A DNA stretch of 20,000 bases from an uncultured virus (IMG/VR IMGVR_UViG_3300002124_000007) (IMGVR_UViG_3300002124_000007:44718-64717), one strand, 5' to 3'; positions 9,762-18,160 are shown, counted from the first letter of the stretch. Notes: a model not told the origin generated them from the letters alone. A program made the numbers and translations.

Positions 9762-10360
9762 CTTTTCTTCTCGCTCATAATCCAATACTCGTTCGGACGA
9801 AGCTCATTATTTTCTTCATTCCACGTCAGAATATTTATGTGTTCCCACATAACATTCCAGCCAGAGACTTTTAAAAGGTTTTTGATTTGCTCCATATTCA
9901 TAACACTATAATGGTTTTTACCTACATAGGTATACCACTCAGGGGCAGGCAAAACCAGCCCAAGCCAGTTTTTAGAAACTCTTGCCCATTCCATTAGGGT
10001 TAATAACGGCATTGGAGAATGTTCTAAAGAGTGCCTGGAAAATACCAAATCAAATGAATCATCCTTATAATCCAAGAAGTTGAAGTCCATCCTCTTGACG
10101 TTGCGTCCATGATTTTGTGCATCAATATAATCTTCCCCCATACATATCCCATCGTATTTTACATCCCATTTTTCAAACATTGGCTGGCAAAATCCTGTGC
10201 CACATCCTACATCAAGAACGGATTTACAGGTCGCCATTCTACTCATCCAATAATCAATTACTTGGCGTGCAAGCTCGGTATGGCCGCTATCATCCGGTTG
10301 AGGATAAATATCCCCATATAATTTTGTAACATATTGATCGTGATGTTTCCAATCTCTCAT
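9758..10360 (-). CDS. Class I SAM-dependent methyltransferase (Methyltransf_11-like)
   Basis: SVLDVGCGTG, DDSFDLVFSRHSLEHSP, EWARV. Confidence 0.88.
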   Translation of the reverse strand: MRDWKHHDQYVTKLYGDIYPQPDDSGHTELARQVIDYWMSRMATCKSVLDVGCGTGFCQPMFEKWDVKYDGICMGEDYIDAQNHGRNVKRMDFNFLDYKDDSFDLVFSRHSLEHSPMPLLTLMEWARVSKNWLGLVLPAPEWYTYVGKNHYSVMNMEQIKNLLKVSGWNVMWEHINILTWNEENNELRPNEYWIMSEKKR

Positions 10361-10668
10361 TTCTCAAATACCAACTTTCTCATGTCTTCAAGATGCTTTT
10401 GTGTTGCGGCCAATGCCCCTGCCGAGCCTGTACCTTCTGATGGTCGCAATCCGCAGTTCCATAGATCGTCCATCAAAGCTTGAGCATCAGAATAATCCAA
10501 AGTAAACGAAGGGTTTATATATTCTACAAAACTTTTTTCATCATAAGTTGTCATAATCAAATCAGAGACAAGTGCATATAGTCTTCCCTCCCTAACTTCT
10601 GCCAAATAAAATTGTATTGACCTATGCCAAGGAGATGATATCCTAGCTTCTGCTTTTATTACAGTCAT
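10357..10668 (-). CDS. Hypothetical phage-type protein
   Basis: 103 aa with AQALMDDLWNCGLRPSEGTGSAGALAATQKHLEDMRKLVF; GGAG RBS; coupled to the next gene. Confidence 0.7.
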   Translation of the reverse strand: MTVIKAEARISSPWHRSIQFYLAEVREGRLYALVSDLIMTTYDEKSFVEYINPSFTLDYSDAQALMDDLWNCGLRPSEGTGSAGALAATQKHLEDMRKLVFEK

Positions 10669-10669
10669 T

Positions 10670-10903
10670 TTATTCTCCCAAATAAAACTTAATTGGTAAA
10701 TGCCCTATATCTAATTTTGTATGAGGAATTTTTTGTCCCTCTATATAAAAATTAAACCTAGCAGAGCCATCACCATCGACTTTCACCCTAAGTTCTCTAC
10801 TTGCCCCCACCGCCCCAAGATATTGAATAGCGCCACATATCGTTACAAAGTCTTGCAAGTCAGTATCATCTGCCTCAATCCTCATATCTATGTATTTTTT
10901 CAT
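10670..10903 (-). CDS. Small hypothetical protein
   Basis: 77 aa (VDGDGSARFNF); ATGA overlap with the rfbH stop. Confidence 0.65.
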   Translation of the reverse strand: MKKYIDMRIEADDTDLQDFVTICGAIQYLGAVGASRELRVKVDGDGSARFNFYIEGQKIPHTKLDIGHLPIKFYLGE

Positions 10904-12210
10904 TTCATTTTTCCTTCAATAAACTCATCAAATACAGAAAGCATGTAGGCAAGTCGTTCATCATCTATACTAGGATGTACACCAATCCAAAAAGAATAAT
11001 TCATTACCACATCTGAATTTATCAAGGGCTGAAAAACCTTACATTGGATAGATGAATATGCGGGTTGTCTAAGAAGATTTCCAGCAAATACCAGACGTGT
11101 GCCAATCTTCCTGCTCTCCAAAAAGTCAATCAACTCTCGCCTCGTGAATGGCGCAGATTCTTTCACGGTAATCAGGAAGCCAAACCATGACGGATTTGCG
11201 CCTTCAATATGCTGCATAAAGCGGAAATACTTTTTGTATTTATCTAATCCTTCGCGAAGAACTTGCCAATTATGTCTACGTCTTTCCACGAAAAAAGGCA
11301 ACTTCTTCAATTGTGATACTAAAAGTGATGCCTGCATGTCAGTTGCCTTCAGATTATATCCGATACGGGAAAAAGTATATTTATGGTCATAACCTTCTGG
11401 CAACTCACCTTCCTGCCAACAGAATCGTTTTCCACAAGTATTATCTTTTCCTGGCTCACACCAACAAGATTTTCCCCAATCTCTAAAACTTTGCAAAACC
11501 TTCTTCACCATAGGAGATTGGATTAGACACGCTCCCCCCTCCCCTGCCGTGATGTGATGAGCAGGGTAGAAACTGAGCGTACTAATATCACCAAAAGAGC
11601 CAAGTTGCTTACCACGAAGGCTACCCCCCAAACCGTCACAATTATCTTCGATAAGCCAGATTCCATATTCATTACAAATATCACGTAATGTTTCTGCATC
11701 GAAAGGATTACCGAGAGGATGAGCAAGAACCACACCTTTAGTTCGTCCCTCCACAATTGCATTTTCAATTATCTCCATACTCGGATTGAGTGTATTTAGG
11801 TCTACGTCCACGAAAACGGGAACAAGCCCGTTTTGGATAATAGGATTGAGAGTTGTTGGAAATCCCACTCCCACTGTAATGATTTCATCTCCAACATTTG
11901 CGCTTCGTGAGCCAAATGCCTTATCCGTAATTGTTGTGACAGCAAGTAAACTGGCAGAACTGCCACTATTAGTAAGCACAACATTACGTATTGTATGTTT
12001 GTAAAAAGTACGCAAATCTTTTTCAAATGTGTGAGCATATTTTCCTTCTGCATACCATTGTCCCAAAGCGCACTCTACAAGAGATGCTACATCATCACCG
12101 TCAAAATACTGTCCAGAGGATGTGATATAAGTTTCGCCTGGGATGAACTGTTTCTTTTTCTGACCATCAATGTTCTTTCTGACTCGCTCTATGATTTGTG
12201 CTTTGTTCAT
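10900..12210 (-). CDS. rfbH: NDP-4-keto-6-deoxyglucose 3-dehydrase (E1; RfbH/DdhC family; PMP- and [2Fe-2S]-dependent)
   Basis: NSGSSA, FPTTLNPIIQNGLVPVFVD, AHPLGNP, EDNCD, SFYPAHHITAGEGG (His in place of the DegT-family Lys), RDWGKSCWCEPGKDNTCGKRF, GYDHKYTFSRIGYNLK, FAGNLLRQPAY. Confidence 0.93.
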   Translation of the reverse strand: MNKAQIIERVRKNIDGQKKKQFIPGETYITSSGQYFDGDDVASLVECALGQWYAEGKYAHTFEKDLRTFYKHTIRNVVLTNSGSSASLLAVTTITDKAFGSRSANVGDEIITVGVGFPTTLNPIIQNGLVPVFVDVDLNTLNPSMEIIENAIVEGRTKGVVLAHPLGNPFDAETLRDICNEYGIWLIEDNCDGLGGSLRGKQLGSFGDISTLSFYPAHHITAGEGGACLIQSPMVKKVLQSFRDWGKSCWCEPGKDNTCGKRFCWQEGELPEGYDHKYTFSRIGYNLKATDMQASLLVSQLKKLPFFVERRRHNWQVLREGLDKYKKYFRFMQHIEGANPSWFGFLITVKESAPFTRRELIDFLESRKIGTRLVFAGNLLRQPAYSSIQCKVFQPLINSDVVMNYSFWIGVHPSIDDERLAYMLSVFDEFIEGKMK

Positions 12211-13064
12211 CCGTTGAATTCACTGGCAAGAAACTTTACCAATCCTTGCTCAAATGGCGGCACAAACAATCCCAATTCCTTTAACCCCGCACAATTCAGA
12301 CATCCATTTTTAGGGCGGGGAGCTTTCTGCTGCATTTCTTCAGTCGTCTTAGGAATAATCAACTTTTGCAATCCAAACTGTGTGGCAATCTTTACAGCAA
12401 AATCATATTTAGATAAGCACGTATCGCCTGCCACATGGAATAATCCTTGATATTTATCTGCCAATCCAATAGATAATCTAGCAAGATCATTTGATAATAT
12501 AGGATTCATAATTTGGTCAGTAGGAACAAATACTTTCTTTGCTTGAAAAATGGCAGAGATAACCTGCTTGGCAAAATTCTTTTTTAGCCTCTCTGTGCCA
12601 TATACTCCCACTGTTCGTACAATCACATATTTGGCATCCGATGTCAGGATGGTTTTTTCGACTGTTTCTTTTTGCACACCATATTTGTTTATAGGATGTG
12701 TCTCATCCTGTATTGTATAAGGCTCCTTCTTTGTCCCATCAAATACATAGGAAGATGAAAAATATACCAATTTGGCATTGAATGATTCGCACAAACGTAA
12801 TACAGTAATCGCACCCCTAACGTTCACTACATCTGTTCCGGCTGATTCTTCACACTTATCTACATGAGCAATTGCCGCTGGAAGATACACCACATCAGGG
12901 CGATCTTTGCTGAATACCTTGAAAAGAGTTTCATACTTTGTCAGGTCTGTATAACGCTCATTTGGATGTTTTGCTTCAACAGGTATGCCAAGGATAGCAT
13001 CTGGAATTTGCCTTGCAAGGGCTGATCCCACTAAACCACGTGCGCCAATAATCAAGGATTTCAC
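12207..13064 (-). CDS. RmlD-like NDP-4-keto-6-deoxysugar reductase (SDR)
   Basis: GARGLVG, AAIAHVDKCE, SSSYVFDGTKKEPY, PINKYGVQK, DQIMNP, APRPKN. GTG start overlaps the upstream stop. Confidence 0.88.
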   Translation of the reverse strand: MKSLIIGARGLVGSALARQIPDAILGIPVEAKHPNERYTDLTKYETLFKVFSKDRPDVVYLPAAIAHVDKCEESAGTDVVNVRGAITVLRLCESFNAKLVYFSSSYVFDGTKKEPYTIQDETHPINKYGVQKETVEKTILTSDAKYVIVRTVGVYGTERLKKNFAKQVISAIFQAKKVFVPTDQIMNPILSNDLARLSIGLADKYQGLFHVAGDTCLSKYDFAVKIATQFGLQKLIIPKTTEEMQQKAPRPKNGCLNCAGLKELGLFVPPFEQGLVKFLASEFNG

Positions 13065-13264
13065 TCAAAATTCTCCAACGTTTTCCAATGTGGATTATAT
13101 CTATAAAAAATATTTGATAGATACTGCTTAACTATTTTTCCGTTCCTAATAAATCCAATGTGACTTTTAGAAATAACCACATCATCCGCCCATACATACT
13201 CGGCCTCAGTTTCAGATGTCCATATGGTGTATTTATTCGTGGCTTCCATCGGCATGTTTTCCAT
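13061..13264 (-). CDS. Small hypothetical protein
   Basis: Up to 67 aa (start may be 13249); its stop overlaps the RmlD-like GTG start. Confidence 0.5.
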   Translation of the reverse strand: MENMPMEATNKYTIWTSETEAEYVWADDVVISKSHIGFIRNGKIVKQYLSNIFYRYNPHWKTLENFE

Positions 13265-13550
13265 ATTGAATTAGGTAATGACAAGAAATAACTTCATTCC
13301 CAATGAAAGCATTATATCTTTTGTATGCACCATAACCAACAATAATTCCAGGCGCACCGCAAGTACAAAATAATGTAGAACCTCGTGCATGACTCGCATC
13401 TCGAAAACAAAAATGCATAGAAGTTTGCAATACAGGAAACCATTGTTTGTATGACGGGAGGAAGATTTCTTTTTCCCGCTGAACGGAGACACCATTCAAA
13501 GTCGTAGCATGGTTAGGGTCATTATGATTACGAATTATATTGTTTGGCAT
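13233..13550 (-). CDS. Hypothetical protein with Cys/His motifs
   Basis: MHFC, FCTCGAPG, SCHY...GKHADGSHE; TAATG overlap with the upstream gene at 13550. Confidence 0.65.
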   Translation of the reverse strand: MPNNIIRNHNDPNHATTLNGVSVQREKEIFLPSYKQWFPVLQTSMHFCFRDASHARGSTLFCTCGAPGIIVGYGAYKRYNAFIGNEVISCHYLIQYGKHADGSHE

Positions 13551-14014
13551 TAGTCATACCATAGATAAGTAGCTGTATTCAAAAGGATTTGTTTCAACTG
13601 CGGATCAATCTTGAAACGTCCTGCATTGATTTCGATGGATTGAAAGATGTCGATGGGTTTTAGATTATGCCTCTCCCCTGCTGCCTTCCAATCACAAAGC
13701 ATCTCGATTAGATCAACCAAGTTCATTGCATTGATTCCATCAGGAAAATATTCAGGATGATGACGGTTATTGGTGTAGTGGTGATCGACTCCGACTTTCA
13801 TCTTGGATATAGTCTCACGATACACAGGGGAGCCATATTCCATTCCATTTAGTAGGGGAGTATATTTGTCGTAGATTTCTTTTTCAGGAGCCTCTAATTT
13901 GCTCATATCGTGCAGAAGAGAACGTCGAAGCAAATCTTCCACTACCTTATAAATCTTCAAACGCACATTTTGGATATGGTCTAATGTACCTTTCCAACTA
14001 TCGTAATTCACCAA
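13550..14014 (-). CDS. DUF5662-like HD-type metal-binding protein
   Basis: DHIQNV, LLHDMSKLE, HHYTNNRHHPEYF, MNLVDLIEMLCDWKAA, ILLNT. Start may be GTG 14011. Confidence 0.75.
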   Translation of the reverse strand: MVNYDSWKGTLDHIQNVRLKIYKVVEDLLRRSLLHDMSKLEAPEKEIYDKYTPLLNGMEYGSPVYRETISKMKVGVDHHYTNNRHHPEYFPDGINAMNLVDLIEMLCDWKAAGERHNLKPIDIFQSIEINAGRFKIDPQLKQILLNTATYLWYD

Positions 14015-14477
14015 ATACCTCTTTATAATAACTTTCTAAATATTTCCAGAGCGCGTCTTCTCCAAAATCTACTAGCAATCTAAATGCTCTATCTTTTGCT
14101 ACTAACCCATCATCATCTGTATATTTATAACCATAAAAACAGGGGGAATTATCAAAAACATAAGATACTCCACTATCAAAAAAAGCATCATCTTCACTCA
14201 TTCTGGTTAAGCTATAATAACAAACATCTGCTGGATACGGAGCATTAAAATGTCTAACCAAATAATCTTCCTTCCCCGAAATAATATCTATCTTTATACG
14301 AGCAAATCTTCTATTTTCAACCTGCTCATTGTACCAATTTGTTAACAATTGAAACTCAACAATTCCTCTTTCTCCAAGCACCAAAAATCTTAATTCTAAA
14401 CAATTAACTCCATAATTTTTCTTTGGGTCTGGATGAGTTCTATCATAAGCAGGAAAAAACTTTATTTCTCTTTTCAT
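13998..14477 (-). CDS. Hypothetical phage protein
   Basis: AT-rich ORF (YGVNCLELRFLVLGERGIVEFQLLTNWY ... GEDALWKYLESYYKEVF). ATG at 14477 lies 8 nt after TATAAT. Confidence 0.7.
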   Translation of the reverse strand: MKREIKFFPAYDRTHPDPKKNYGVNCLELRFLVLGERGIVEFQLLTNWYNEQVENRRFARIKIDIISGKEDYLVRHFNAPYPADVCYYSLTRMSEDDAFFDSGVSYVFDNSPCFYGYKYTDDDGLVAKDRAFRLLVDFGEDALWKYLESYYKEVFGELR

Positions 14478-14485
14478 ATACAACC

Positions 14486-14494
14486 ATTATATCA
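14486..14494 (-). promoter_or_regulatory. Extended -10 promoter element (TGnTATAAT), possibly driving a leaderless transcript
   Basis: Minus strand TGA-TATAAT-ggttgtat-ATG; the TG comes from the upstream stop codon; no SD before ATG 14477. Confidence 0.4.
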
Positions 14495-15421
14495 GGAAAT
14501 GAATCCACATTCTTTCAATATCATTGCGACACGGGCATCATAATCTTGACCTTGAACCAACTGGTAAGCTTCTTCTGCATTTGCTTCAGCCTTTTCAGGA
14601 TTGTTCTTGGCCCACAACACAGCATCAATAGCTTCCTGCATGTTGTTAAATATATGATGATGATGTAAAGATTCGTGTTTCCACCAGTCAGTGACATTAT
14701 TTATTATAGGATAAAGTTTCATGGCAGGAAGTTCAAACGCTCGACAATTCAAATCGTCCATACTTGACCAATTCAACCCAATCCTACCCTTATTGTACAA
14801 GGCTCGTGCTTCATCGAACACAGGCCCATTCTCAAATATCACACTCACACCTCGCTTACGAAGATCGTTTACCCATTGCACACGATTTTCATAAGGCATT
14901 CCTATCATAACAGCATCTACCATATCGTCTGGATTTGGAATATCTTTGGGATAAAAGTCATATTTACTATAAGCATACGGAAGGTAAATATCTCCATCCT
15001 TTGAATACACCGCCTGCATGTTGAAGAACTTATCGGAGTATTTGCGAGGAGTATCATAAAACTCATTCAGCACATGCGGGTCAGTTCCTACCGTCACAAC
15101 CATTCCATCCGAAGGCTTATACTTGGCATGAAATCCTGCATCCACTTGGATAATCAAATCGGGCTTCCAGTCTCCTAACTGCCCTTTGATAAGCTCATAA
15201 GGATATTCATTTGTGCCGAGAGTCAGAGGAAGTGGAACGTCGGGCGGAATAGCATACTTTTCTGGAAGGTTCATACCTCCAAGCCAGGGAATCCAACTCC
15301 CTGTATAAATTCCCGCCACTTTCAAATCCACATCTTCCCGATGCTCCAAGGCCTTCTTGAAATAAGTAGCCATAGCAAGAGGGTATACAAGATATGTAAG
15401 TAAGACTTTTATTTTATTCAT
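14492..15421 (-). CDS. Glycosyltransferase, GT-B fold (CgeB / Glyco_trans_1_2-like)
   Basis: GTDPHVL, YLPYAY, MIGMPYENRVQWV, LYNKGRIGLNWSSMDDLNCRAFELPAM, C-terminal DYDARVAMIL. Confidence 0.8.
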   Translation of the reverse strand: MNKIKVLLTYLVYPLAMATYFKKALEHREDVDLKVAGIYTGSWIPWLGGMNLPEKYAIPPDVPLPLTLGTNEYPYELIKGQLGDWKPDLIIQVDAGFHAKYKPSDGMVVTVGTDPHVLNEFYDTPRKYSDKFFNMQAVYSKDGDIYLPYAYSKYDFYPKDIPNPDDMVDAVMIGMPYENRVQWVNDLRKRGVSVIFENGPVFDEARALYNKGRIGLNWSSMDDLNCRAFELPAMKLYPIINNVTDWWKHESLHHHHIFNNMQEAIDAVLWAKNNPEKAEANAEEAYQLVQGQDYDARVAMILKECGFIS

Positions 15422-15824
15422 AGCAACTCTGGTTTAGAATAGTATCAACAACTTCGCCTCGCAACATAATTACATCGCTTCTCAACAACTGCGGCAAAAA
15501 CGGCATGAAGACATTGTGATAATATACAACGTCCACCTTTACGGCCTTCCCTTCACACAAAGAATTATCAGGATAAGAGATAAAAATCTCCACTTCGGGA
15601 TTGCTCAGATCGATTGGTGAATGTGAAGAATTACGAACACGCTCCTCAATTGACACTGTGTCATAAGGATACATGCTTCCATACAATGCGCCTTCTTGTG
15701 CGGCATCCTGAAGCTGAACATATTGAAAAAACATAATACCAAATTCAACTGCCCCACTTAGCAGAAACATCAACATAAGAAAACTAATTCCTAACTCAAC
15801 TAAACTTTGACCTTTATTTTTCAT
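15414..15824 (-). CDS. TadE-like pseudopilin (type IVc/Tad prepilin-like protein), 136 aa
   Basis: MKNKG|QSLVE: basic leader, Gly at -1, Glu at +5, hydrophobic helix LGISFLMLMFLLSGAVEFG, then LQDAAQEGALYGS. Start placed at ATG 15824; the longer track ORF overlaps the GT2 gene. Confidence 0.85.
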   Translation of the reverse strand: MKNKGQSLVELGISFLMLMFLLSGAVEFGIMFFQYVQLQDAAQEGALYGSMYPYDTVSIEERVRNSSHSPIDLSNPEVEIFISYPDNSLCEGKAVKVDVVYYHNVFMPFLPQLLRSDVIMLRGEVVDTILNQSCYE

Positions 15825-16494
15825 TCTCAGTCCATTTCTTACGAAACTTTTCTTTATTTGCAATAGTAATTGCCTCTCTGGCACTTCCATACGAGATACT
15901 TTGTGCCCCAATATGAGTTGTACAATCTTGTGTGAGAGCCACAAGATCAAATCCCAAGCTCTTTGCGGTTGTACAAATATCAACATCTTCCATGTCTGAT
16001 GGGGCATACCTCTCATCAAAATATCCAAGCTCTTCCCAATGTTCCTTGCGTGTGGCAAGTAACCAACCTTCCAAATATGGAAATATCTTCTTATTAAATG
16101 TGTTCCATCCCGTATCCCAATCTAAATAACGGCCTCCTACAATCGTTCTATTATAGGTCGTAGGTTGTAATGCAATAGAGATAGGAGACACGATGTCTTT
16201 ATGAATTCTAACATCATTACTAATCGTGATAATCACATCCCCCGTACAAGCCTTAATAGCGATATTGGACGCCTTCAAGAACATCACATTTTCATCCAAT
16301 TTGATGACTTTTATGGGAAGCATCCCATTCCCCTGCCACCACTTCAGGCCATCCAAAACATCTTGGTCGTTGCAATTATCGTTTACCACAACAACTTCAT
16401 GAACATCCGAACACTTCTGATATACGTCGAATAGAAGTTGGTGTGTAAGATGCCACTTACTATAAATAGGAATTGCAAAAGAAAATGTTTTCAT
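15814..16494 (-). CDS. Glycosyltransferase family 2
   Basis: FAIPIY, VVVVND, FLKASNIA, ISNDV, YLEGWLL, GYFDERYAPSDMEDVDIC. Confidence 0.9.
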   Translation of the reverse strand: MKTFSFAIPIYSKWHLTHQLLFDVYQKCSDVHEVVVVNDNCNDQDVLDGLKWWQGNGMLPIKVIKLDENVMFLKASNIAIKACTGDVIITISNDVRIHKDIVSPISIALQPTTYNRTIVGGRYLDWDTGWNTFNKKIFPYLEGWLLATRKEHWEELGYFDERYAPSDMEDVDICTTAKSLGFDLVALTQDCTTHIGAQSISYGSAREAITIANKEKFRKKWTENEK

Positions 16495-17315
16495 CTGTAA
16501 TAATCCGCAATCTCGAATATAGATTTTTGAATATCGTATTGGGACTGAAATCCCAAGCCGTGAATCTTGGATACATCCAAATAGAAATCTTTTGCCTGAA
16601 TTAATTTATGGAATTCTGGAATAGGAATTCTCTTAATGCTGCCTGTTCCTAGATACTTCTGCACAGAATACACAATTTCTTCAAAGCTATATCCTATTCC
16701 ATTGCCTACATTGTATATCTCATTTAGATTTCCGTAAACAAGGACGTGATAAATAGCATCAACCGCATCTCTCACATCAATCAAGTCACGAAGTATTTTT
16801 CCTTCATACAGAGAGACTTCTTCTCCTTGAACCAATTGCTGTATCATGTATTGCAGAGCGTTCTTCTTTTTGGAAACTTTGTGGTCATTGATCCCTATCA
16901 CATTAGACATACGAAGAATACGATAAGGAATATTACATGTTTGGCAATAGGAAATCAGTAATTGTTCCGCACATCGTTTGGTTATTGAATAAAATCCTGT
17001 GGGAAAGCAGGGTGAATCTTCTCGTGCAGGAATTTCAACCTTTCCATATACAAACCAAGATGAGATAAAGTTGAATTCAAATTCATTGCCATATTCTTTA
17101 CGACAATTTTCAAGAACATCTATCAATAAAGATAAGTTTGTATCAATGTCTAAATGTGGATTGGTATGAATATTATAATTGTCTACAGTAGATATAAAGT
17201 ATAAAATCTTGGGAGATTTGGGATAATAATCATCTCTCCCATTTGAAATAACACCATATCTACCACAAAACTCTCCCCCGATAAATCCTTTTCCAAACAC
17301 GTTTATTATGCTCAT
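16491..17315 (-). CDS. NAD-dependent NDP-sugar epimerase/reductase (extended SDR)
   Basis: FGKGFIGG, FISSWFVYG, GFYSITKRCAEQLL (YxxxK), RDLIDVRDAV, IYNVGNG. Confidence 0.85.
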   Translation of the reverse strand: MSIINVFGKGFIGGEFCGRYGVISNGRDDYYPKSPKILYFISTVDNYNIHTNPHLDIDTNLSLLIDVLENCRKEYGNEFEFNFISSWFVYGKVEIPAREDSPCFPTGFYSITKRCAEQLLISYCQTCNIPYRILRMSNVIGINDHKVSKKKNALQYMIQQLVQGEEVSLYEGKILRDLIDVRDAVDAIYHVLVYGNLNEIYNVGNGIGYSFEEIVYSVQKYLGTGSIKRIPIPEFHKLIQAKDFYLDVSKIHGLGFQSQYDIQKSIFEIADYYR

Positions 17316-18130
17316 TTTCCTGTCTCTTTCATCTCCTGCAATCCTTCAAGATGCCCGTATTGCAGTAGTCCTAACTTCTTACTCAAGTTTACATTCAGTC
17401 CTGCTTTATAAGGACGGGGTGCAACATCCATATCAAGTTCTTTATTTCTAGGCCCCACTAAAGACTCATCCAAACAATATTCCTTTGCCATATCCACAAT
17501 AAACTCGTACCAAGAAACAGTTCGTGACCCACTGATATGTAAAATATTCGGCATCTCATCAAATCTCAAAAGATATTGATAGAAGGCTTCTGCAAAATGT
17601 GGAAGGTACATGAATGAGCGTTCGATAAAGGTAGGATATGAATAAGACTGCCCTGCTCGCAGAGGATAAAGATGTTTGAATATTCGTTCGTGGTCAAAAA
17701 GATAAGATGTACGCACTACCTTCATAAATGGGAAAACTTCTCTAAGCCCCTCAGCCGCCAACTTAGTCAGTCCATAAAAGTTCTTAGGATTTGGCTTGCT
17801 ATTTTCCTTATAATTTCCCCACTTACCATCAAAAACTTGTGCTGTGGACATAAGAACCATTCCACAACCATACATCTCTGCCACTTCTGCTACATGGAAG
17901 GTTCCAATAACATTTATATCTTTGACTCTTTTTTCGTTTTCTTTCTTCTCACAAACATCTACATCAGAAATAGAAGCAAGGTGGACTATTATATCCACCT
18001 TGGTACTTCGTACAGCCAAATCAACTTCTTTCAAATTGCGAACATCGCAGGCTAATGGAACAACCTCCCCATATCTCATTAGCTCCTGTCCTACATGACC
18101 AGCATAACCCGTTAATCCATATGTTGTCAT
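17312..18130 (-). CDS. Second RmlD-like NDP-sugar reductase (SDR)
   Basis: TGYAGHVGQEL, HLASISDVDVCE, STAQVFDG, PNPKNFYGLTKLAAE, SWYEF, APRP. Confidence 0.85.
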   Translation of the reverse strand: MTTYGLTGYAGHVGQELMRYGEVVPLACDVRNLKEVDLAVRSTKVDIIVHLASISDVDVCEKKENEKRVKDINVIGTFHVAEVAEMYGCGMVLMSTAQVFDGKWGNYKENSKPNPKNFYGLTKLAAEGLREVFPFMKVVRTSYLFDHERIFKHLYPLRAGQSYSYPTFIERSFMYLPHFAEAFYQYLLRFDEMPNILHISGSRTVSWYEFIVDMAKEYCLDESLVGPRNKELDMDVAPRPYKAGLNVNLSKKLGLLQYGHLEGLQEMKETGK

Positions 18131-18160
18131 CTATCTTCTTTTCTTTTTTAGCCTAGGAAA

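Noticed and set aside
15825..16058. 78-aa N-terminal extension of the TadE-like ORF
   Set aside because: It overlaps the GT2 gene in another frame; the prepilin leader requires the start at 15824.
2026..18130. Ordinary chromosomal O-antigen/capsule locus
   Set aside because: No flippase, polymerase, ABC exporter, chain-length regulator or priming transferase is visible; it is interleaved with phage-type ORFs and contiguous with neck genes. It cannot be fully excluded without flanking sequence.
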